Source: a virus
Taxonomy: Duplodnaviria > Caudoviricetes
Virus record (IMG/VR): IMGVR_UViG_3300037506_000023
Location: 1 to 37,596 of that record
Length of the DNA stretch: 37,596 nt
Direction: 5' to 3' (one strand)
In this document: positions 15,150 through 24,859 of the stretch, piece by piece
Numbering within the stretch: the stretch's first letter is position 1
Layout of the letters: each line of letters starts with the position of its first letter
Position numbers and translations under genes: made by a program
Notes under the pieces: model-generated
Seen by the model: the letters and a program-made list of their open reading frames with translations, nothing else
Told to the model about the DNA's origin: nothing
Database searches by the model: none

Positions 15150-17052
15150 GCCTTCGGCGGTCGTTCGCGTCGTCGGCGGTCTAGCGAAACTCGCTAACCG
15201 GCTCGGCATCATCTCGACGCCTCCGGCCGCCATCGAGAAGGGCATGGCGAACTTCACCGAGGTCTTCCAGGGCGAAGGCTGGATGACGCCCAACACGCCG
15301 ATGGAGCCGAAGGAGCCGGAAGGCACGTCCCCGCGACGGTTCCAATATCAGCCGGGCATCAACATCTCGACGACTCCTCGCGGTAGCGACGAGATTTCGT
15401 TCCCCATGCTCCGCGCACTCTCGAACTACACGCTTGTCCGAATCGTGATCGAGCGCATCAAGGAGGCGATCAAAGCTCACGAGTGGGACATCGTAGCGGA
15501 CGTCGAGTCGCAAACGGCGAACTACGAGAGCGACATCGCGGTCGTGAAGGACTTCCTCGAAATGCCGGATCGTCGGCACACGTGGGATGCATGGGTCGGC
15601 GAGGTCTGTGAAGAGGTTCTTTCAATTGACGCCTTGGCGCTCTACGTCCACCGCGCTCGCGACGGCTCTCCCTGGGCGCTCGAAGTAATCGACGGCGGCA
15701 CGATCAAGCCGTTGATCGACGAGCGAGGGTTCGAGCCGCTCCCTCCCGTGCCGTCGTACGCGCAGTACCTCTACGGCGTCTCATATGCGGCGTTCACGAA
15801 AGACGAGATGCTTTACCGACCGCGCAACCGACGCGCTCACAAGATGTACGGATTCTCGCCCGTCGAGCAGATCATCATGATCGTAAACATGGGACTACGG
15901 CGAGAGATGCACACGCTCGCGCAGTTCACCGACGGCAATATGCCCGCCGCCTTCGCGAAGCTGCCGCCCGATTGGAGCGTCGAGAAGATCAAAGCGTACA
16001 ACGAGTACTGGAACGCGCTCTTGGCGGGCGACCCGCAGAACCGCGCAAAGCTTCGATGGATTCCCGGCGGCTCGGGCGTGGGGGACGTCCAGAAGTTCCA
16101 CGACGAGGAGGTCTTCGGCCTTAAGAACGAGTGGGACGAGTGGCTTGCACGGATCATCTGTTTCGCGTTCGGCATCTCGCCGCAAGCGTTCATTCAGATG
16201 ACGAACCGGGCGGTGGCGCAGGAGTTGGGCGACGTCGAGGCCGAGTACGGCTTCGCGAGCGTGAAACGGTTCATCGCGCTGCTTGTGAACGAGATCATCG
16301 ACGACGTGCTCGTGATGCCGCATCTACAGTTTCGATGGATCACGGATCGCGGGCGGATGGCGGCGAAGCGGATCGACCGTAACGAGAAGTATGTCAAGTC
16401 GTCGATCTTGTCCATCGACGAGGTGCGCGCCGAGGAAGGCAAGCCCCCTCTCGGCCTCAAGCCCGGAGTGATGACGGGGTCGGGTTACGTCCCGTTTCCG
16501 CCGGAAGCGTATATCACGCCGCCCTCTTGGGCGACGATGGCGAGCGAGTCGATGTCGGTTTCTCCAATCCCTGGGGCCGACGTCGAGACTCCGCCGACCG
16601 ACGAGAACTTCGGGGCGGCGCAAGTCGTCCCGGACTCGCAACCGTCGAACGAGCCGAGCGTCGATGGCTTCACGCCGGAAGTCGAGGACGTTCCGCTCGA
16701 AGCGATGGCGAAGGCGTTCGACGTGTGCCGTGACGAAGAGCTTCGAAAGTGGGAGCGGTTTGCCTTGGGACGCCTGGAAAGAGGGAGGGACGTTTCCGGG
16801 TTCGTTCCGCAGTACATTGTGCGCGAGGAGGCGCAGACAATCGAGCGGGAGTTGCGGAAGGCGAAGATGCCCGATCAGATCAGTAGCATCTTCTCGATGC
16901 GGCGGTATAAGGGGAAGCTCCCTCCGATTCGTCTGCGCCCACCGAGCACGGGTGAAGCTGGGCAGTTCCGATCCGAGATTGCGGCGGTGTTGAAACCGAT
17001 CCTTGAAGAGCACGCGCTCCGCGTGGCGAAAGAGAAGGGGGACAAGGTATGA
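15100..17052 (+). CDS. Portal protein with C-terminal extension
   Basis: Follows terL; YGFSPVEQI, IDEVRAEEGKPP. Confidence 0.9.
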   Translation: MAKRIAGPQSGTQDSGKPSAVVRVVGGLAKLANRLGIISTPPAAIEKGMANFTEVFQGEGWMTPNTPMEPKEPEGTSPRRFQYQPGINISTTPRGSDEISFPMLRALSNYTLVRIVIERIKEAIKAHEWDIVADVESQTANYESDIAVVKDFLEMPDRRHTWDAWVGEVCEEVLSIDALALYVHRARDGSPWALEVIDGGTIKPLIDERGFEPLPPVPSYAQYLYGVSYAAFTKDEMLYRPRNRRAHKMYGFSPVEQIIMIVNMGLRREMHTLAQFTDGNMPAAFAKLPPDWSVEKIKAYNEYWNALLAGDPQNRAKLRWIPGGSGVGDVQKFHDEEVFGLKNEWDEWLARIICFAFGISPQAFIQMTNRAVAQELGDVEAEYGFASVKRFIALLVNEIIDDVLVMPHLQFRWITDRGRMAAKRIDRNEKYVKSSILSIDEVRAEEGKPPLGLKPGVMTGSGYVPFPPEAYITPPSWATMASESMSVSPIPGADVETPPTDENFGAAQVVPDSQPSNEPSVDGFTPEVEDVPLEAMAKAFDVCRDEELRKWERFALGRLERGRDVSGFVPQYIVREEAQTIERELRKAKMPDQISSIFSMRRYKGKLPPIRLRPPSTGEAGQFRSEIAAVLKPILEEHALRVAKEKGDKV

Positions 17053-19829
17053 GTCAGATTCTTGTCGATCACGACGGCGGGCAAGTGCTCGAACTCACGA
17101 GCGTCAACACCGATCCGCCGCCGCCGTCCTTCAAGGGCGGCGTCCGTATCTACCGCAAGAACGGCGAGGGAGTGAAGATTCGCGAGTTCGGCAAGGACGC
17201 GCAAAGCATCCTCGTTGGACAGGACTCGGGCGACGGAGACGCCGTGCTGGTGGGCAATCGCGTCCGTGCGAACGGCAACAAGGTGTACGACTCGATTGAC
17301 GACGCGCTAAACGAATACGTCGGCATCACCACGGACCCGTTCACCGCGCAGCCGGGCACGACGGAGTCGAACATCGTGCTACCGAACGTCGCGCCGTTCA
17401 ACGCGGTCGCGGACGATTTCTACGTCGATTGGTACGTCGCGAGCGACGCCGGTTACGTTGCGACGCAAGGACGCGAGGCCGTGTTCGCGCGGGTCACGAA
17501 GTACGTCGCGGCGACGCGGACGTTGACCGTGCAGTCGGGGGACTTCACGAGCGGGCAAGGGACGATGGTGTTGTGTCAACCATTCGAGATGACGCTCGAT
17601 GCCGACATCGACGCGCCGTTGACCACGATGCCCGCAAACTTCATCTTGAACGGATCGGGGAAGACGATTCGCGGCGGGCTGTATATCACGGCGTTAGCCG
17701 CCGACATTCGCGATTGCGTCATCACGGATGGGATCGAAAGATCCATCGCGGCGGGCTCCGGCTTCATGGAGCTTACCAACGTGACGATGTTTCGACGTTC
17801 GACGCCGATTATCGGGCCGGACGCCATTCATGCGTTGTGCATCACGGGCGCTCTCGCGCGGGCGCACAAGACGATCCTCAACAACTGCAAGTGGATCGGC
17901 CGCGTCGAGAGTCGGGTCGGAAAGAACCATTGGGCCGGAGCGGGCAACGAAATGGAACCCGTCGATGATCAGCAGGGCGGCCTCTGTTGGGTGCTCTTCA
18001 ACGGCGTCTCCGGGAGCGCGTGCTCGTCGATGACGGCGCATATTCAGGGACGCTTCGGCGGGATGGTGTTCCTCAACGCGACAGGTGCCATGGGCTCTGC
18101 GTGCGACGTGCAAATGGTCATCACGCCGCCGCGCGACATCTTCCAGAAGGTGCTCGGGCCGTCGCAGATCGGCGCTCGCCGGTTCTCGTTCTTCGGCGGC
18201 ACGGGCGGACTGACGCTTTCGCCGTCGATCTCGGGCGGCATCCTTGACGTGACGCTGCTCGGCTTCACGCGCACCGCGCCGGGCACGGGCGAAGGCACGT
18301 CGGATACGATCTCCTACTCCGCGTCCTGGGCGCGAGGACAGAACTTCACGGGCACGATGACGGTAACGCTCGACGCTCCGCTTGAGCCGCGCATGAGGAT
18401 GTTCGGTTGCACGTTCGCCTCGGCGGTCGTGACGGACGGGTCGAATTACACTGGTTCCATCACCATCACCGGAACCGCCGTGAAGCGGGTGGACTCTCCG
18501 CACGGGGACTCGCACCGATTCACCTGGTGGGACATGGTGGCCTCGATGACATCCGGGATCCCGACCGTTGCTTGCACTTCCGGCGCTTGGCAGGTCGTTG
18601 GAGCCAACTTCTTCGCCATCAACACCGGCGCGACAAACACCATCTCGCTCGCTCCGACGATCACCTTCAGTGCCGCGCTCACGCACGACGGGACGCGTAT
18701 CGCGCTTGGGCAGTTCAACGGCGCAACCGTCAGCGACATGACCATGAACTGGTCCGGTGCGGTCAAGTCGATCAACCGGTCGAAGGGGATTAGCAACCCG
18801 CTGTGGCTGCCGAGCCTGGTACTGGCCGGTTCGTGGACGGTGTCCGGCGCATGGGACTACACGGACGACCTGGACGTCACCTCAGCGTTCATCGCAAACC
18901 AAGCGGTTGGTGGCACATTGACCGTTTCCGGCGCGATCGTCATCAAGCGGCATGGCTTCGCTGGCGATATCGCCGTGACGATCTCGACGGCGACCACGAA
19001 CGTCACGAACACTGTAACGCATATTGGCGGAAGGATCACGGAGACTCAATCGCTTGTACGAGCCTTCGCGTCGGGCGGAACCGCGACTCTGACGGGAGCC
19101 CTGCGCGTGCGCGGTCTCCTCGCGCAAGCAGGGTTGAACGTGCTTAACGCGGCGGCGGGGTCATTCGTCTCGGGACCGTCGAGCGTGACATTCGAAGGCT
19201 GCACGATCAACGGGGCGTTCACCGACTCGACGGGATCTGGAACGTTCACTTGGGTCGGCGCGTCGCTATTCTGGAAGCAGTGCCATTTCGACGGCGTGGT
19301 CAACCACAAGGGCAACACGCACTTCACGACCATTGAGGCATTCGGTTGTGCGTTCAACGGCAGCTCCGGAAACCTCTCGATCTCGACGACGCTCGGGACG
19401 CGTCCGACGACGTATCGGCTCTGGGGATGCTCCTACCGCGCGCGGATTGAAGGACTCACCCCGGACGTGTTACGTGCGTGGAGCACTCGCCCGGCGGCTG
19501 GCGCGGTCGTGGCGAACGACATCGTGACGCTCGACGCTTCGGCAAATGCGACGCCTGCTCTCGCGGGGACGGCGGTGCTTGATGGCGTCTCTCCCGATGC
19601 CGCTGCCGCGTTGGGCAACCCCGTCATTCTCGTCAAGGACGGCGACGTTTTCGTCAACACGGTCGCGGGAGTTCTCGCGGGCGATCACCTCATCAATGAC
19701 GCGGGCGGCGCGAACCCGCATCATGCTATCGCGGGAGCGCCAGTAACGGGACGTAACGTCGGCCGCGCTCTCGAAGCGCACGGCGCGACCTTCGCTGGAA
19801 AGACGTATACGGCGGTGCATCTCAGTTAA
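17049..19829 (+). CDS. Large beta-rich virion fibre/decoration protein
   Basis: Gly/Thr/Ser-rich beta-helix-like body; C-terminal ~110 aa resemble capsid cement/decoration domains. Confidence 0.55.
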   Translation: MSQILVDHDGGQVLELTSVNTDPPPPSFKGGVRIYRKNGEGVKIREFGKDAQSILVGQDSGDGDAVLVGNRVRANGNKVYDSIDDALNEYVGITTDPFTAQPGTTESNIVLPNVAPFNAVADDFYVDWYVASDAGYVATQGREAVFARVTKYVAATRTLTVQSGDFTSGQGTMVLCQPFEMTLDADIDAPLTTMPANFILNGSGKTIRGGLYITALAADIRDCVITDGIERSIAAGSGFMELTNVTMFRRSTPIIGPDAIHALCITGALARAHKTILNNCKWIGRVESRVGKNHWAGAGNEMEPVDDQQGGLCWVLFNGVSGSACSSMTAHIQGRFGGMVFLNATGAMGSACDVQMVITPPRDIFQKVLGPSQIGARRFSFFGGTGGLTLSPSISGGILDVTLLGFTRTAPGTGEGTSDTISYSASWARGQNFTGTMTVTLDAPLEPRMRMFGCTFASAVVTDGSNYTGSITITGTAVKRVDSPHGDSHRFTWWDMVASMTSGIPTVACTSGAWQVVGANFFAINTGATNTISLAPTITFSAALTHDGTRIALGQFNGATVSDMTMNWSGAVKSINRSKGISNPLWLPSLVLAGSWTVSGAWDYTDDLDVTSAFIANQAVGGTLTVSGAIVIKRHGFAGDIAVTISTATTNVTNTVTHIGGRITETQSLVRAFASGGTATLTGALRVRGLLAQAGLNVLNAAAGSFVSGPSSVTFEGCTINGAFTDSTGSGTFTWVGASLFWKQCHFDGVVNHKGNTHFTTIEAFGCAFNGSSGNLSISTTLGTRPTTYRLWGCSYRARIEGLTPDVLRAWSTRPAAGAVVANDIVTLDASANATPALAGTAVLDGVSPDAAAALGNPVILVKDGDVFVNTVAGVLAGDHLINDAGGANPHHAIAGAPVTGRNVGRALEAHGATFAGKTYTAVHLS

Positions 19830-19842
19830 CGGAGAACGAATC

Positions 19843-20106
19843 ATGCCGATGAACAGAGCGGACGTCGAGGCGAGGATCGCGGTCGAAGCTCTCGACTTCG
19901 CTGGCAAGGACTTGTCGGGCGCGGACCTTAGCGGCCTCACGCTCGACTACGCCAACTTCGCGGAAGCGACGTTGGTCGGAACGATCTTTACCGGAGCAAC
20001 CTTGTATCGTGCGAACCTCAGCGGAGCGGACGCGACGGGAGCGATCGGCTTCCTGCCGAACTCCGAGCAGTGCGACGAAGCGAACAAGACCGGACTCGTC
20101 ACCTAA
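19843..20106 (+). CDS. Pentapeptide-repeat protein
   Basis: KDLSG ADLSG LTLDY ANFAE ATLVG TIFTG ATLYR ANLSG; GGAG RBS. Confidence 0.85.
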   Translation: MPMNRADVEARIAVEALDFAGKDLSGADLSGLTLDYANFAEATLVGTIFTGATLYRANLSGADATGAIGFLPNSEQCDEANKTGLVT

Positions 20107-20116
20107 CGTGTGCCGT

Positions 20117-20149
20117 AGGCGACCGGATGATCGACGGGTCCGGTCGCCT
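20117..20149. other. Intergenic hairpin with an 11-bp perfect stem
   Basis: AGGCGACCGGA / TCCGGTCGCCT. Confidence 0.7.
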
Positions 20150-20166
20150 GGTATCTTGAGGGATGG

Positions 20167-20697
20167 ATGTCGCTGACGCCGGAAGAGAGGGAACGGATTC
20201 GAGAGACGGTCGGCCGCGTCTACGCGGACGGCTTCGCCGAAGGCATGGGGCAAGTCGCGCAACGGTACGACCTCGGCGACGCCGTTCCTCCAGCCGCGAC
20301 GACGATCTCACGGCCGCTTGAGCAGCGAATGGACGTTGTTACTGCCTCGGTCAATCGCTACCTCGACATGATCGACAAGAAGGCGGAGCAGTTACGAGCG
20401 GCGGGAGTGACGGGCGACGCGCTGGCCGCCCAAGTTTCCGACTACGCCCGTAACCTCGCCGAGTCGAAGTCGTCGCTGATCGCAGAGACGGAGCACGCGC
20501 AGGCACGACTCGACGGCGCGGGCGCGATCCTCGACGAAGCGGATCTTCCGCACAAGTGGCGGTTCCCGCACTTCGATCTCGGGTCGGATCACGAAGAATG
20601 CCCGGTGTGCGTGGCAATCAGGGAAGGAGCGCCATACAGCACGGATGAAGCGGAGCGCGAGGGGTTCCCCTCGTACCCTCATCCGGGCTGTGACTGA
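20167..20697 (+). CDS. Head morphogenesis protein (Mu gpF / SPP1 gp7-like), interrupted near the C-terminus
   Basis: IAETE, KW, CPVC...G and P.HPGC motifs; a plausible continuation runs in the +1 frame to 20791. Confidence 0.75.
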   Translation: MSLTPEERERIRETVGRVYADGFAEGMGQVAQRYDLGDAVPPAATTISRPLEQRMDVVTASVNRYLDMIDKKAEQLRAAGVTGDALAAQVSDYARNLAESKSSLIAETEHAQARLDGAGAILDEADLPHKWRFPHFDLGSDHEECPVCVAIREGAPYSTDEAEREGFPSYPHPGCD

Positions 20698-20787
20698 TCA
20701 CGGCTGGGTCTTGATTCCAATTGGCGAAGTGTCGAAGCCGGAGCAGTTTCCTCCCGTTGAGAAAGCGCCGAGATACGGACGCCGGGA

Positions 20788-21006
20788 ATGATGACCCAGC
20801 TCTTTGAACAAAAGATGCGGTGGCTTATGATCGAGATGGGCTTCACTTGGAAGAAGAAGCGCGGCGAGTTCGTGATGATCGGCGAGCCCGACGTGCGCGT
20901 CCCGCTCGAACTGGTGGAGAACGAGCAAGTGCGCTACGGCACGTTTCAGCGTGCGATGCTCGTTCACGTTCGTCGGCAGCGGGAGAAGCGGGAAGCGAAG
21001 TCTTGA
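20788..21006 (+). CDS. Hypothetical protein
   Basis: Fills the operon gap. Confidence 0.6.
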   Translation: MMTQLFEQKMRWLMIEMGFTWKKKRGEFVMIGEPDVRVPLELVENEQVRYGTFQRAMLVHVRRQREKREAKS

Positions 21007-21052
21007 CAGCGTGGCACGAATGGGATACGCCTTAAGGTAGTCGGGGGAATAG

Positions 21053-22561
21053 ATGACGGAAGCGAGAGAGGGCGAGAACGAAAGTGGCTTCGCTCTCTTC
21101 GTTCCAATCGCGAAGGTAGATCGCGAGCGGCGCGAGGTCTGGGGTTGGGCGACGCTCGAAACGATGGACCAACAAGGCGAGGTCGTGGACTACGACGCGA
21201 GCGTGAAAGCGTTCGACGAGTGGGGCCGAAACTTCGAGCGAGCGACCGGCGGCGTCTCGCGCGGGAACCTCCGAGAGATGCACCAACCGAAAGCGGTCGG
21301 AACCGTCATCGCCTCCAAGCCCGTGCCGGAGAAGCGCGGCATATGGGTCGGCGCGAAGCTCTCGCAGTCGTCGGACGGCGAGAACGCATGGCAGAAGGTG
21401 CTTGACCGCACGCTGACGGGCTTCTCGATTGGAGCGCCGAAGGCCGAGCGGAAGATGGAGTACGACTCGAAGCTCGGCAAGATGGTCAACCGCGTCGTCG
21501 GGTACAAGCTCTCGGAGTTGTCGCTCGTCGATAACCCCGCGTGCCCCGGAGCGGACATCAAGGAGATCAAGGTACAGAAGGGGATGCTCGACGTCATCGG
21601 AGACGAAGCGGAGCCGCGAGGCGAAGCGGTCGAGAAGACGTTCGAGGCCAACGCATACGTCGATGAGTCCGGGCGTGTCTGGAAATTGGTAGAAGGCCGC
21701 GTCGTCGCGGTGAATGAACGAAAGGGGCGAAACATGGGCGATCTGGAAAAGGCGAAGAAGAACATCGGTCCCTCGCAGCGAGAGCAGGGCGGTCCTCCCG
21801 GACCCGAACGCCCCGCCGTCGCGCAGGGGAACGAGCAGATGGGCTTCGCCGCCCCGAAGAGCGCCGCGTCCGCGAACGTTCCGCCCGCCGGGATCTCGCA
21901 CGAAGACGACGAGCACGCCGTCAGCGGCGAGGGTCAAGGTAAGGCGAGCGGCGTGATGTCTCAACAGCAAGGCGCGCCCACGATGCAAACGCCATCGCAG
22001 TCCGCCCCGCCTCCGGCCCCGGCCACGCCGAGCGGTACTCAAGCGCCGGTTCAACGGATGCCGTATTGTGCGATGTGCGGGAAGGCGACGCAGGGGCCGA
22101 TCCAGACGCCACCCGCGCCCGCCATGCCGATGCAGCGCGCCGCCGAGTCCGACGAAATCGAAGGACTCTCGAAGCTCGTCAAGGTCATCGAGACGACCGG
22201 CAGCGGCCTGTCGAAAGTCGCCGAGGCGATCAAGGCGACCGAGGGCAAGTTCGCCTCCGTCACGGCCGAACTGAACAAGACGATCACCGCGCTCTCGCAG
22301 CGCGTCACGACCATCGAGAAGACGCCCATGCCGGGCGGTCCGATGCGTACCGAACTTCCGGGCGGTGTCCGCCCGGTCGAGAAGGGCGCGACGACCAACG
22401 GCGATGAAGGCGTGTCGAAGTCGTACGCCGCCGCGCTTGAAAGGGTGATCGCGACGACGGGCGATCCGTTCCTGCGCGATCAGTTGTCGCGTGAACTGGC
22501 GAAGTCGGTCTTCGTTCAGGGGGAACGTGACGGCTCCTCGAAGAAGGTCTTGCTCGCGTAA
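21053..22561 (+). CDS. Prohead protease fused to scaffold
   Basis: VWGWA...DQQGE, LREMH, GFSIG, LSELSLVDNPA; P/Q/A-rich linker and coiled coil; in-frame internal ATG at 21734 with RBS. Confidence 0.88.
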   Translation: MTEAREGENESGFALFVPIAKVDRERREVWGWATLETMDQQGEVVDYDASVKAFDEWGRNFERATGGVSRGNLREMHQPKAVGTVIASKPVPEKRGIWVGAKLSQSSDGENAWQKVLDRTLTGFSIGAPKAERKMEYDSKLGKMVNRVVGYKLSELSLVDNPACPGADIKEIKVQKGMLDVIGDEAEPRGEAVEKTFEANAYVDESGRVWKLVEGRVVAVNERKGRNMGDLEKAKKNIGPSQREQGGPPGPERPAVAQGNEQMGFAAPKSAASANVPPAGISHEDDEHAVSGEGQGKASGVMSQQQGAPTMQTPSQSAPPPAPATPSGTQAPVQRMPYCAMCGKATQGPIQTPPAPAMPMQRAAESDEIEGLSKLVKVIETTGSGLSKVAEAIKATEGKFASVTAELNKTITALSQRVTTIEKTPMPGGPMRTELPGGVRPVEKGATTNGDEGVSKSYAAALERVIATTGDPFLRDQLSRELAKSVFVQGERDGSSKKVLLA

Positions 22562-22606
22562 AGAGCACGACTCGGATTCCAACAACCAACAAGCTCGGAG
22601 AGAGAT

Positions 22607-24058
22607 ATGAGTAACCCGCTCATCCCGGTGGCGGCGGTCACCGAGGAGACGCTTCAACTCGCGAAGACGGCCTTCGACGGAGGCGGCGACCCCACGGCGC
22701 GCCCCCTCCGTAAGACCTACGACACGTCGTTGAACCTCATCGGCGTAAATCTGGAAGCGCCCTCGAAGAAGCTCTTCCCGGTCTACTCGCCGCTACGGAA
22801 CAAGATCAGCCGTCAGCGCGCCCCCAACGGCGCGTCGGCGACGACGTGGAAGGCGATCACGGCGATTAACACGTCGAAGATTTGGCCCGGCGTGTCGGAA
22901 GGCAACCGTAACTCGAAGATCGTCACGGCGACCGAGGACAAGTCGGCGACGTTCAAGGAACTCGGCCTCGACGACGAGGTGACGTTCAAGGCCATCAACC
23001 GCGCTCGGAACTTCGAAGACCTCCGGGCGACGGCGTCGATCAACCTACTCTACGCTGTCATGATCGACGAAGAGAAGGTTCTCCTCGGCGGTCAAGCGAC
23101 GGACATCGGCGCGCCTTCCGCTCCGACGGCGGTCGCGGACGTGGGCGGCGGCTCGCTCGCGGCGGGCACCTACACCGTGAAGATTTCGGCCCTCGTTCTT
23201 CGCGGCTACGACAAGGCGGAGAAGGCGGGCGGCGCGGCTCTCGCGGACGGCGAAAGCGACGCTTCGGCGGCTTCCGCCGGTATCGTCCTCGCCGGTCCCT
23301 CCGACGCGCTTGACGTGACGTGGCCCGCCAAGAAGGGCGCGGTCGCCTACAACGTCTTCGTGGACAAGGACGGCGGCGGTTACAAGTACCAGTCGACGGT
23401 CTTCGTCAACGACATCAAGATCCAGACGTACACGGCGTTGACGGCCGCTCCGAACGCGACCGACGAGACGGGCAACGCTCTCGAATTCACGGGCATCATC
23501 GGCAGCATCGAAACGGACGCGGCTCTCCCGGCGACGCAGTTCGTTGACCAGGGCGGCGCGGCGTTGACGTCCGACACCGCCGGTGGCATCGTCGAATTCG
23601 ACGACGTGCTCAAGTCGATGTGGGACAACTTCCGCGTCGGCCCGGACGAGATCCTCGTCAACTCCGCTCAGGCTCGCGACATCACGAAGCTGATCGGAAG
23701 CTCCTCGAACCTGTCCTATCGCGTGGTGTTGCAGGACGGACAGCGTAACGTCGTCGGCGGCATCTACGTCGGCGCGTACCTCAACAAGTTCGCTTCGAGC
23801 TTCGCGGAAGGCGTGCCCAACGAGGTCACGATCAAGATTCATCCGAACCTCCCGCCGGGCACGATCCTCTTCGTCGTCCACCGTCTGCCGTACCCCAACA
23901 ACCAAGTCCCGAACGTCTGGGAAGTCGAGACGCTCCAAGAGTACACCCACTACGATTTTGCGCTGACCGCGCGGAAGTACGAATTCGGCATCTACCATGA
24001 CGAAGTGCTGAAGGGCTACTACTCCGCGTGTCAAGCCGCCATCGTGTGCGTGTCGTAA
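22607..24058 (+). CDS. Major capsid protein with an inserted Ig/FN3-like domain
   Basis: Follows the protease; strong RBS and codon bias; central APSAPT..GGSLAAGTY.V...VTW..GAVAYNVF segment. Confidence 0.8.
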   Translation: MSNPLIPVAAVTEETLQLAKTAFDGGGDPTARPLRKTYDTSLNLIGVNLEAPSKKLFPVYSPLRNKISRQRAPNGASATTWKAITAINTSKIWPGVSEGNRNSKIVTATEDKSATFKELGLDDEVTFKAINRARNFEDLRATASINLLYAVMIDEEKVLLGGQATDIGAPSAPTAVADVGGGSLAAGTYTVKISALVLRGYDKAEKAGGAALADGESDASAASAGIVLAGPSDALDVTWPAKKGAVAYNVFVDKDGGGYKYQSTVFVNDIKIQTYTALTAAPNATDETGNALEFTGIIGSIETDAALPATQFVDQGGAALTSDTAGGIVEFDDVLKSMWDNFRVGPDEILVNSAQARDITKLIGSSSNLSYRVVLQDGQRNVVGGIYVGAYLNKFASSFAEGVPNEVTIKIHPNLPPGTILFVVHRLPYPNNQVPNVWEVETLQEYTHYDFALTARKYEFGIYHDEVLKGYYSACQAAIVCVS

Positions 24059-24217
24059 TTCTTCGTCGTCCTTCAATGGGGTTCCTCCGACGGGGGAACC
24101 CCACCAAGGGCGTCGAAAGCGCGGAGTGCCCGTTGAAGAGCGCGGCCCGGAGTCGTCGGGATTCCTCGGCGGTCCGCCGCGTGGCGCGGTGCTTACGGTG
24201 CTTGAAAGGAGCCCTCG

Positions 24218-24859
24218 ATGGCGTCGCTGACGAACATCCAGGATCAGTACGAGATCGCGTTACAAGACTACGGCGACCGCGTCGAGGCGCTGCTCGGAGG
24301 AACGAACGTTCGAGACAAGTCCATAGCGACGGCGATCACGGAGTGGTACTCCGAGACGCTGCCGCTCATCAAGACGGTGCTCGTCGCGGCGAACGCGACG
24401 GGGCGTTACGCCGTGCCAGGCGACTGGGAGCAGTGGTCGCGGATCGTCTCGATTGAAACGCCCATCGACCTCAACCCGCCCGCGTACTTCTCGCAGGAGA
24501 AGCTCGCGATCCACCGTATCGAATCGGGGTTGATCTACGCGCTCTACCCGAATCCGTCCGGGAGCTTTCGCCTTTCGTACACGACGGTGCACAACGCGGC
24601 GGCTCCGACTACAATTCCGTCGTCTCACGAAAGCTGTATCGGCAAGTATGCCGCGTCGATGGCGTTGATCGACCTCGCGTCGTTCTTCGCCAAGACGGAG
24701 CACACGAACCTCGACTCGGTGAACTACCGGACGAAGGAGCAGGAGTCGCGCTCGGTGTCGAAGGAGTTACGCGCCGCCGCGATCCGCGAACTCGACTTCT
24801 CGGCGGCGAAGCAGTCCTGGAACGCCGACGTCGAGACGAAGTACGGAGGGTGGCGTTAG
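24218..24859 (+). CDS. Putative head-tail adaptor
   Basis: Position after MCP; YTT.H...TIP motif. Confidence 0.55.
   Translation: MASLTNIQDQYEIALQDYGDRVEALLGGTNVRDKSIATAITEWYSETLPLIKTVLVAANATGRYAVPGDWEQWSRIVSIETPIDLNPPAYFSQEKLAIHRIESGLIYALYPNPSGSFRLSYTTVHNAAAPTTIPSSHESCIGKYAASMALIDLASFFAKTEHTNLDSVNYRTKEQESRSVSKELRAAAIRELDFSAAKQSWNADVETKYGGWR

Noticed and set aside
21003-21031. Late promoter TTGACA-17-TACGCC
   Set aside because: Perfect -35 but the -10 lacks the conserved final T; too weak to call
21032-24076. Long antisense ORFs (541 aa and 343 aa) and similar ones genome-wide
   Set aside because: Expected shadows of high-GC3 coding strands; Arg/Leu/Val-rich with no motifs
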